Shown here one piece after another: positions 53,761 to 64,000 of a stretch of DNA of 64,000 nucleotides. Location of the stretch: contig OX597826.1 of the NCBI GenBank assembly GCA_951406725.2, forward strand, positions 50,406,001 through 50,470,000, in the 5' to 3' direction. The notes under the pieces were generated by a model, which did no database searches, had not been told where the DNA came from, and saw only the letters and a list, made by a program, of their open reading frames with translations. Source of the stretch: Octopus vulgaris (lineage: Eukaryota). The translations under genes were made by a program, and so were the position numbers. Each line of letters begins with the position of its first letter. Positions within the stretch are counted from its first letter, which is position 1.

Positions 53761-55906
53761 ATCAGATAGTCCTTTGCCATTGGGGCGATGGATTGGCAGA
53801 ATCCTTAGACTGTTTGCACAAAATGCTTTGTGGTATTTGTTCTGTATATGTTCTGGGTTCGAATCCCGTTGAGGTCAAATTTGCATTTTATTTCTTCAGA
53901 GTTGATAAAATATAGTACCAGTCAAGTACTGGGATCAAGGGTATCGAGTAATCCCTTCCTCCAAATTTTGGTCCTTATTAGAAACATTTAAGTCGATGAG
54001 CTGGCAGAATCACTAGCATGCTTGACAAAAAATTACTCAGTGACATTTTGTCTGTCTTTATGTTCTGAGTTCAAATTCTACCAAGCTCACTTTTGCCCTT
54101 CATCTGTTAAGGATTGATAAAATAAATACCACTTAAGCACTTGATCAGTATAATTGACTAACTTCCTTACCTAAAATTTCAGGCTTTATCCCTTTAGTTG
54201 AAAGAATTATTATTAATTTTGGAAAAGAAAGCATTATACATTACAGAATTTTCTGGTATAGTGTGTGTAACAGGTATTTATGTTCATTTATGTATAAGGA
54301 CATATTTACATTCATGTATATATAGTCTATATTTATATTCATATATTTAGGTGTGTTTCTGCAATTTAAGAAAAACAATCTGAGTCACAGGGTGTTTAGG
54401 CTTTGAAGTTAAAAAAATATTTCCTATTTAAAAAAAAAAAAATTTATGTGGGAGGTAAATCGATTTCAGAAGTAACCAATTTGAATATTTTCCTAGTTAC
54501 AAGTCTGTAAACCTATATATAAAATCTTCATCGTTCTTATTAAAGCAAAACAAAATTGTGAGTCTCACATCAACTTTCTATTCAGTATTAACATAGATGG
54601 CAACAAAATGTGTATTTTGAGAAAGAATTCACTTCGCAGTCTTAAATTTACACAATCATTATAATTTAATGTAATTTCCATGGTGGCATGAGTGGAATAG
54701 TTTGACATGGGTGTCAGTATTTGGACTGAAGTTAAGTAAATAAAGAAGTAGATCTAATGTTTCTGCCACTCTTGTAAAGTGGTTTGTGTTGGGAATGGTA
54801 TCCAGCCGAAGAAACTAAGCCAAAGATGAAAACTCACGAGTCAGACATGGGCCGCCAACTCATCTAGGAGGGCTATGACTCTGAGTAGGTGCTGATTCAG
54901 GCCACAACAACTTAACCCACACTAAAATGGAAAGCAAGCAAAACACTAGTGGAATCGGTGTTGTTGGCATTATTGTCTCTGACCAAGGGTTCTACTCGAG
55001 ATACGAGAGCTTAACTTCCTCACGACAGAAAATTTATTCCTGTGGAGTTTTTATGTAACCATTTGCCCTCACTAAGAATTGTCATTTTTCCATTAATTTA
55101 AGTCATAATTTTTATTTTCTTAATGAAATGAAACTAAATAATGTAAAATACTTCAAAAAAATTGTTGCATTTACTTTTTTTTTTATCTGCATAATTTGTG
55201 TATAAAGAAATATTAGGAAGAGAGGACAGATTAAACAGTTCATAACCAAAGAAAATGGGGTTGGGATATAACTGTTTGCAAAATTTATCTATAGAATATC
55301 TGTAACTTTTTATAGATATACTAGTTCTATATTTTACTATTATATACTCACTATCATCATCATCTTTCAATGGCCAGATGCATTTCCTACTGCCAACACT
55401 GTTAATGCTTCTGACCACACATAGATATTGTCTACCTATTTCTAAAACTAGATGGCATGTTGTATAGGTAACTGACTTGGGCACTCAAACTCATAAGAGT
55501 GCCATGATGTCAAATGGTGTATCATGGGCATTTTTGAGATTTACCAAAGTCCATTCCTCTGACCACAGCCAATTTGTTCTAGACAGAGAGAAAAATTGAC
55601 TTCAGTACAGAACTGGTACTTTATCAATCTTCAAAGGAGTCACAGGCTTACATTGCCTTCGTTATGTTTGAACTTAGAGTGCAGATATCTAGAAAGAATA
55701 CTCCAAAGTAATCTAGCTAAACCTCTCCCAGTTTTGCTGCCATAAATTGTATAGTTTTAATTATCATTGGTAATTATTATATCCTGTTAATTATTACATC
55801 CTGTTTGGAATTATTTCATACAAGTTATATTTTAAACTCTGTTAATAACGGTAGAAATATGAAAATCAGAATTGTTTAATTTCTTCCCTGTTTCCTCTTT
55901 CATTAG

Positions 55907-56089
55907 TTGATGCACCTGTTTATTTTCTGCCGGATTTATGACTAGCACCATCGCATTACCGATGATGCAGTCTTTGGATTGTTTCCAAACCATCCATTAA
56001 TTGCCGTGAAAGTCACATATGATTTATTTTTATTAATTTTAGAATTCAAAGCGAGAGGTGTTCCATTGGCTCGACCGAACCTATATTGA
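55907..56089 (+). CDS. Two adjacent candidate terminal exons (55907-55941 VDAPVYFLPDL*; 56043-56089 EFKARGVPLARPNLY*)
   Basis: Strong pyrimidine tract + TAG at 55906 and T-rich + TAG at 56042. The island retains several CpGs. Confidence 0.3.
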
Positions 56090-57094
56090 CGTGAACTTAT
56101 GAGTTCAGTATTTTAGGTTTCTTTTATTCATCATCACCACCACCGCATATCTACTTTTCCTTGCTTTCATGGCTCAGTCAGAAATTGTTGAGGCAGACTT
56201 TCAATGACTGGATGCCCTTTCTGTCACTAACCCTCACCTGTTTCCAAGTAAAGCAATATTTCCTGTGACAACCTTACATAGTTTCATGGAATATTGGAAA
56301 CAGACTTCCCTTGTGTCACAGTGACACTTACAACTGTCATTTGATATCAAGGCAGAGAGACACTAATATACATGTGCACGCTCAGACACACACACACAAA
56401 GCAGCCAGTATACTCTGTAAAGTGTTTGGTGTTAGGAAAGGCATTCAGCTGTAGGAACAATGCCAAAACAGACGACTGGAGCCTGATGCAGCCCTCTGGC
56501 TTGCTAGTGCCTGTCAAACTGTCCAACCCATGCCAGCATAGAAAACGGATGTTAAATGATGATGATGATTGTATGTGTGTGTGACAGAGGTCTTTCAGTT
56601 ACCATCTACTAAATCCACTCCTAAGGCTTTTGTCAGCCTGGGGCTATAGTAGACAGCACTTGCCCAAGGTACCATGCTAAGAAACTGAACCGAAAATCAA
56701 GTGGTTGGAAAGCAAACTCCTTCCCACTCAGCTAAGACTGCACCTTTTATTCATATTCTTTTGTTCATAACAGCTAAGGTGTTATTCATACCATCTTGGC
56801 TGTTATTGCAGATATGGGGGTGGTTAAAGTGGCTCAGTGTTACATAGAATGCCTTTTGTGGTTTTTTCTCCGTATCTCTGTGTTCTGTGTTCACATCCTG
56901 CTGAGGTCAGTTTTGCCTTTCATCTTGGGAGCAGGGTGGGTGAATAAAAATGTACCAATTCATGGCAGTGGATTGGTGGAACTTTTAGAGTCTTGGAATT
57001 AGATGTTATGCAAGATCTAATTGAGATCATTGCATTCTGAAAAACAATTGCTGCAACAGTACTAGTGCCTGGCTGTGACAGCCTAAACCTGCAG

Positions 57095-57249
57095 TTTCCT
57101 TGAATAACGTCAGTGGCATAGAGAATGGAGGCTTGCATGCAGGATCAACTGCCAGTAGTAGCAGCATCAGTAGTACTACAACACTTTTATCCAGACCAGC
57201 ACATACAAGTGGAGGCACATGGTTAATCATAGCCAGTAGAGGACCCTAG
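57095..57249 (+). CDS. Candidate exon (phase 1: VSLNNVSGIENGGLHAGSTASSSSISSTTTLLSRPAHTSGGTWLIIASRGP*)
   Basis: CTGCAG| acceptor and a 51-codon S/T/G-rich open frame in unique sequence. Possible donor ATG|GTTAAT at 57222. Confidence 0.4.
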
Positions 57250-58940
57250 AGATATTGTAACTAAATATGATTATTAGGAAGCACCAGGCTAAATCTGTTA
57301 TAGAAGCAGTTTGTCTAAGATATATATTTAAGTTTGCAACTAAAATGAAAAAAAAAAAAGGCTTTTTAATAGATCCTAGTGGAAGTTTATTTTGATGAAA
57401 ATGTTACTTCTGTTATTTAAAAATTTAAAAACATTTTTTTTTATGGTTCTAAATGGTGCAAAGTTGAAATCAAATGAGAAAAAACTTCATTCTTGGACAG
57501 GAAAGGGTTTTCATTTTGGCTACAAAAAAAGAAGCAAATTTCTTTTAATCAATTACAAAACAGTTTAAACTTTTGTTCCATAAAAGGATCATTTATATTC
57601 TCTGTGGATGAGATATTTGAATTACTCTTTTGTTTTGGACATTCTACCAGAGGGAAGCATTAGAGTGTTTCTGTAGCAAAAGATTGGGTGGAAATGAATG
57701 TTTTTGTTTCATTTCATTTCTTTCCTTTTACATCTGATTTTCTGTGCTTGTGTGGGTCAGATGAATATATTACTGATACATTATTTTACAATCTGGATGC
57801 TCTTCCTGTCACTAACCCTCACTTGAAAAACAAGTGAGGGATTTCTTATTCCATGCATCTTTCAAAGGTGTAAAACCAGTGAAGGACACATTGACAGGAA
57901 AAATAACTGTAACATCAGTTTGTAGTTCAACAATTTTCTGAGAAGTACGTGTGTATGCACATATGTATGCATACAAAACATACAGTCACACATACACACA
58001 CAATGGGCTTCTTTCAGTTTCTCTCAACCAAACCTATTCACAAGATTTTATTCATCCTAGAGCTATAATAGAAGGCAGTTGTCGAAGTGCCATGCAGTGG
58101 GATTGAACCTGAAACCATGTGGTTGTAAAATGAACATTTTAACTACACAGTAATGTTTCTCTCATCTAAACACAACCAAGCAAAACAGTTGAATAGATGA
58201 GGTTTTTAGCCACAAATTCATGATGTGAGAGTTCAAATCTACAGCTGATGTTATTTTGTTGCATGGTTTTTCAGGGTTGGTGATTGGGGACTCCTTGAAA
58301 TAAGGTTTTTATTCTATCCAAGAATCAGTTTGATTCTCAATTGCTACACCTTTTGGATTAAAGTAGCAGCAGTAAAAGTTCCTTGTATCTTAAATGAAAG
58401 GATAGCATCATTATCATCATACATCCGTTTTCCATGCTGGCAGGAGCCGGCCATTTGATGAGCTGCCTTGGCTGCTTGTTTGTTTTGGCATGTTTTCTAT
58501 GGCTGGATGCCCTTCCTAATGCCAACCACTTTACAGTGTGTACTGGGTGCCTTTACACAGCACCGGCATGGGTGCGTTTACGTGGCACCATCCTGCAAGG
58601 TTAGGAATTCTCAGCTGGAGAGGGATGCAGGGGATAGCCTTGTATGCAAGCACAACCATGCTTTTACTTAGCTTGATGATCAATATTTTACAATTCAAGT
58701 TCTTTATAATAATAGTCCTTCTTGCTATAGGCACAAAACCAAAAGGGGTGGGAATGTAACTCAGTTACACCCCACCCCTCCCTGCATGTGCACTCAGCTG
58801 GTACTTAATTTATTGACCACAAGGTTGAGAGGCAAAGTCAACAGAATTTAAACATAAGGCAGACGAAATACCACTAAGTATTTTGTCTGACATGCTAATG
58901 ATTCTGCAAGTTTGCTACCTTAATAATAATGGTAATAATA

Positions 58941-59297
58941 ACGAGCACTCAGAGAGCGCAAACCTCTGCCAAGGCAACACCAGCATCCTCTCAACGATTA
59001 GCCAGAGATGGTTTTTAAAATGAGAATATCTGAAATAAAATTGATTGCTCTCACAAATGAGAATACTAAAAATGAACCTGACTGCTCTCAGAAATTAAGT
59101 TAAAAATCAGAAAAAATAATCCAGAATCGTTGTACAGTACCAGATCGATCCCAAAATCTTATCAGTCCGTGCCAGTCACAAGGCCAAACATCTCTGAAAG
59201 TTTCATCTGAATCCATCCAGAAGTTCTTGAGATATCTTGTCCACAGGCAAATAAACACGACTGCAAAACAATACCTCTGCCTTCGCAGAAGTAATAA
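58941..59297 (-). mobile_element. Helentron-type non-autonomous element (HINE)
   Basis: Sense 3' end CCTTGGCAGAGGTTTGCGCTCTCTGAGTGCT (subTIR plus terminal hairpin) and 5' TTACTTCTGCGAAGGCAGAGG. Inserted in a TAA/TT context. Confidence 0.7.
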
Positions 59298-59502
59298 TGA
59301 CTTAATGTAACATTATCAGTCATCTTTACTGTTTAATAGTGCTTCATTTTATGTTGATGTGGATTTGGTAAATATTCATTTCAATAACATTATACCTTTT
59401 GTTTATAGCATTCCCCTGTCTTTTACCCAGTAGGTGTCCTCCCTGTTTTCTGCTCTTAATTTTCTCTTCCTTCATCTGCAACCAAACCAAAACAATCATT
59501 TA

Positions 59503-59950
59503 CATCATCATCATCATCGTTTAACGTCCGTTCTCCATGCTAGCATGGGTTGGACGGTTTGACCGGGGATCTGGGAAGCCAGAAGGCTGCACCAGGCTCC
59601 GGTCTTATCTGGCAATGTTTCTACAGCTGGATGCCCTTCCTAACGCCAACCACTCTGTGAGTGTAGTGGGTGCTTTTTACGTGCCACCTGCACTGGAGCC
59701 AGGCAAGGCTGGCATCGGCCACGGTCGGATTGGTGCATTTTACGTGCCACCTGCACGGAAGCCAGTCGAGGCGGCACTGGCTTCGGCCACGATTCGGATG
59801 GTGCTTTTTACGTGCCACCGACACGGAAGCCAGTCGAGGCAGCGCTGGCATCGGCCACGATTCGGATAGTGCTTTTTACGTATCTCCAGTCCAGGGGTCC
59901 TGGCATCTGCCAGGTGTCAGTCATAGGATTGGTTCAATTTCGATTTCGAT
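59503..59950 (-). mobile_element. Family C retroposon with internal ~58-bp GC-rich tandem repeat (x3-4)
   Basis: Repeating 'ggtgctttttacgtgccacc...ggccacgattcggat' at 59669-59880. Confidence 0.85.
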
Positions 59951-60274
59951 TTCTATAAAAACAGACCTAATATGTCAGAATCGAAAACACAGTATGTAAA
60001 TGCACAAAAAAAAAAAAAAGGTGGTGGTACTTAAAAATATCTAATCTGTGAAGGGGTTATCATAAGGTTTATGTCTAGTTCTTTCTTCAGAGATATTTAA
60101 ACTGGTATATTACCAGTTTAAATATCAACAATTGATGACAATTGTTGAAACATTTGAAATTTATTTACACATCAGATAGGGACAATAGCAACATCATCAT
60201 CATGATTTTATCCTTTTCATTTGTTTTTTTTTTTTGTTGTTTTTTTTTTTTTTTTTGCATGCTGGCATCTGTGA

Positions 60275-60460
60275 TCTTTCACTTATTTCAACCATTGCAC
60301 TGCAAGCCATGCTGGAGCATCTGCCTTGAAAAATGTAGTTGAACACATCAACTCCAGTACTTATTTTTTTTAAAGCCTGACAATTATTCTATTGGCCACT
60401 TTTGCTGAACTGCTAAGTTACAAGGGACTTAAACAAACTAACAGTGGGGCACAAAAACAG

Positions 60461-60508
<48 letters not shown>

Positions 60509-60945
60509 GTATGTGTGAAGGTGTATGGCTCACAATCATGAGGTGGTGAGTTTGATTCTCGGACTGGGCTGCATTGTGTTCTTGAGCAAGACATTTTGTG
60601 TCTGGCGCCAAGCTGTATCAGCCTTTTCCTTTCCTTTGGATAACATCGGTAACGTGGAGAGGGGAGGCTGGTACGTATGACTGACTGCCAGTCTTTTAGA
60701 AATAACCTTGCCTGGACTTGTGCCTCAGAGGGCAACTTTCTAGATGCAGTCTCATGGCCATTCATGACCAAAAGGTGGTCCTTACCCTTTTTTATACATA
60801 TCCATAAATACACCCAGCTTCTTTCAGTTTTTGTCTTCCAAATCCATTCACTGGATTAACAGTAGAAGACTCTTGAAGGTGACACACAGTGGGACTGAAC
60901 TCAAGACCATAAGGTTGGGAAGTAAGCTTCTTAACATACAACTAT
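60275..60945 (-). mobile_element. SINE A (minus) with a family D SINE (plus, ~60515-60790) nested in its CA tract
   Basis: A tail 60275-60460, CA tract, D element, then A body/head from ~60815. Confidence 0.75.
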
Positions 60946-61330
60946 GTTTTCATATATGTATGGCATTTAAAAATATATATATATATCTTTTAGTCCAGTG
61001 GGAAAGTATCATCAAACCAGAGACTGGGTTCAAATGCTTGCAAGAGTGAACTCCACCAAAGGCACCCCCAAAGTGCCATGTGATGATGTTAAACTGAGTG
61101 ATGGATTATTAAATCTACCACCTAAGTATCCATGGTGGTAATCCACCACCACAGATTGGGTGTATTATCTTCTTTGTTAATCTGTCACACATACAACACT
61201 GAAAATCAGTCAACTTTGTTGTTATATGTCAGGCATTCTGTGGTCTCCAACCACTTTACAGTGTGGAATCAGCACTGGAAAGGTTATCTGTTGCAAGACT
61301 AACAGGATAAACAAGATGCTATCCTGTATC

Positions 61331-61344
<14 letters not shown>

Positions 61345-61365
<21 letters not shown>

Positions 61366-61793
61366 GTGAGCTGGTGGAATCTTTAGCATGTGGACAAAAT
61401 GTTTAGTGGTATTCGTCCATCTTTGTGTTCTGAGTTCAAATTCTGTCAAGGTTGGTTTTTGCCTTTCAACCTTTCAGTTGAACTTTGGAATCAATGTAAT
61501 CAACTTAGACCCTCCCCCAAAATTGCTAGCCTTGTGTAAAAATTATTATGATTGTTGTTGTTATTAAGGCGGCTAGCTGGCAGAACTATTAGCATACCAG
61601 ACAAAATGTTCAGTGGCATTTTGTCCATCTTTTCATTCTGAGTTCAAATGCCACTGAGGTTGACTTCAACTTTCATCCTTTCATGGTTGATAAAATAAGT
61701 ACCAGTCAAGCACTGGGGTTGATGAACTCAACTATCCCCCTCCCTCAAAATTTCCAGGCTTTGTGCCTGTAGCAGAAAGGATTGTTATTATTA
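61345..61793 (+). mobile_element. Tandem SINE B pair in (ATT)n
   Basis: Two units following (TTA)9. Confidence 0.85.
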
Positions 61794-62653
61794 TTTACTG
61801 TTCTTCTAGAAAGCTTGACTACTGTAGCTTGTGAAATCTCCCCACCTCCTTTGTGCCTTTATATTTGGTGTGGTTTTCCAGCTTGGTACCTCCCACCAAC
61901 CACATAGACAGCAAACCTATATAAAAAGCTGCAGTATATCCAATATATATAATATTAGGCATACCAAGCACTAGCCATACCAACCATGTCTAACATGTAT
62001 GTGCGTGTGTTGTTGTTTTCTTGTGTTTTTCCTTTTTTAATAGTAGTTCTCTGTGTTGCCTTCACTACAAACATCGAGGGCAACAAATTGGCAGAATCAT
62101 TAGAATGCCAGGCAAATTGCTTTGTGATGCTTATTCTGGTTCTTTATGTTCTGAGTTCGAATCTCACCAAGCCATCTTTTGAAACCAACAGTCTAAAACT
62201 GCCCATGGTTCTACAATTTAAATTAAAACCTTCCTTCTAAATTTGATGTTAATTTATATTCCAAACACCTGCTTAACGATGGTTATCTAAATAAATTATT
62301 TTCAAAATTAATTGAAACAAAGGCAGTGTAATTCAGCAGAAATATTGTAACAAAAAGGTTAAACCCTTTCAGATTAGTATTTTGGAGGAAATAAAGTATC
62401 GGTCAGTGTCGTTAACTAGTCTTCCCCACTTCAAAATTTCTGGCTTTGCATCTAATCTAAATACATTTGTCTTAGTTCACTCAGCTCTGTCAAGAAAATC
62501 TATAATATGGAAGTGACTCAGTGAGTTCTGAAGACCTATTCCTAGGTTTCACACACTAGATATACTATATTTTATGTTATGGCAGTAGTTTTCTTGTTAG
62601 ATTCAGTGTAGCAGATGTGGTATATCTACCCAACTGAAGGACAACCTCAGTGT

Positions 62654-62874
62654 TTAACCCTTTCATTACTGTACTTATGCTTTGTGTTTCTTTCAATTAC
62701 TTTAAATATAACGAAGAATTTAGTAAAATAACTTAGTTATCATTCAGCTAGTGTTAAGAAGATAAATTGTGAGTAAGGTTTGGTGGAAGATTTTAATTCA
62801 AAACTTATGAAAACAAGACATTTGTACTCAGAGCCAGAGCCAGTTTCAGTCGGGTTTGGTAACGAAAGGGTTAA
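62654..62874 (+). mobile_element. piggyBac-like MITE
   Basis: TTAA-CCCT...AGGG-TTAA. Confidence 0.9.
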
Positions 62875-63202
62875 AATTCACCAGAGACAGTTGGTAATCT
62901 TACACATGATTCAATCCTAATGATGGGTTGCCAGCCATATCACAACATTGTTAATTGTCAACAATTAAAATAATTTAAAAAGTTTCATGACTGGTCATCT
63001 GTTGTATCATTAGTTTCCTTTGTAATACTAAATATTGATATTCTTCCTCATCGTTTCATGGCTTTATGTTAATTTTCAATACTGGCAATTAGTTCCTATT
63101 CAGACTTACTGCCCTCATAGATGGATTGGAGGACCACATCTCTCTCTCAGATGTCCAAATTTGGCTATGGGTTCTACAACTGGATGCCCTTCCTAACACC
63201 AA

Positions 63203-63795
63203 CTGCTTTACAAAGTGTACTGGGTGCATTTTATCATGGCACTTCAACTTGGCAAGACTAAGGAGTCATCTTAGCCTGACATTGTCCCAGCTCAATTCAC
63301 CCTTCCTGCTCCTCCTTTACAAAGTTAACTGGCTGTCTTCATTTATTTTATCTGTATTTTTCCCCTAAAATTACTTTGAATAATAAAATTTCACCTAGAA
63401 ATATTCCATTTATTTCGGTAGGTCCAAAACACACTTAACCTTTACTATGTATTTTTCATAGAATTTCAGTTTAACTTTCACGGGGTCTTTTTCTGTCCAA
63501 ATTTTGCTATGCATTCCACAACTGGATTACTCTTCATAACACCCATTGCTTTACAAAGTGTACTGGGTGCTTTATCGTGATACCTCAACTTGGAGTCATC
63601 TTAGCCTGACATTGTCTCAGCTCAATTCATCCTTCTTGCTCCCCCTTTACAATGCTAACTGGCTGTGACTTCATTTATTTTAACTGCATTTTCATTTACT
63701 TCAGTAGGCCCAAAACACAATCAGCCCTAACAGAGGCCTCTTGTATAATTTACACCGAATTTCAGTTCAACTTTCACATGGTCTTTTTTCTGTTG
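63203..63795. repeat. Local direct duplication
   Basis: 'tgctttacaaagtgtactgggtgc...ggagtcatcttagcctgacattgtc...gaatttcagtt.aactttcac' at ~63203-63495 and ~63547-63795. Confidence 0.85.
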
Positions 63796-64000
63796 TCTTA
63801 CATATTCTTTTATCTTTTTAAGTATTTGTTTCTTTCAAACTGCAACACGTCTTCTGACTTGACTTTAAATACTAAAAATATCATTTGAATGGAATAAAAA
63901 GATTTTTGTTTGTTAAGTCACTGAACCAGGGTTTTTCAGGAGAATGTGTTCATCTGTTTACACTGTTCAATTTTAATTTCAGAGTCCTTCCAGTGAAAAA

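Noticed and set aside
57022-57043. TGAGATCATTG, resembling the bantam miRNA 5' end
   Set aside because: The 3' half diverges and the local hairpin is too short for a pre-miRNA.
59669-59880. ~58-bp periodic repeat, superficially CRISPR-like
   Set aside because: The units are wholly similar with no unique spacers. It is an internal minisatellite of a retroposon in a eukaryotic context.

Overview
AT-rich, repeat-dense animal genomic DNA. The SINE families look like those of octopus/coleoid cephalopods (recognised from memory, not from a search). There is no intact protein-coding gene, rRNA or tRNA. Nearly all ORFs in the track are microsatellite or SINE read-throughs. The window is dominated by four short interspersed repeat families, often nested or in tandem arrays. 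It also holds piggyBac-, hAT- and Tc2-type MITEs, decayed mariner/DD37D transposases, a Helentron-type HINE, and 3' remnants of HERO- and R4/Dong-type RLE retrotransposons. T-rich tracts ending in AG on the + strand suggest an intron or 3' region of a large + strand gene. The main finds are: (1) a hammerhead ribozyme with an intact core at 14574-14660; (2) a second, decayed hammerhead inside a ~320-bp terminally redundant unit (retrozyme/Penelope-like); (3) a series of unique islands that begin at 3' splice-site-like sequences and mostly read as short phase-1 terminal ORFs, a possible array of alternative last exons, two of them overlapped by RNA stems; (4) a SINE subfamily joined twice at the same site within its own family's head. 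The exon calls are speculative.
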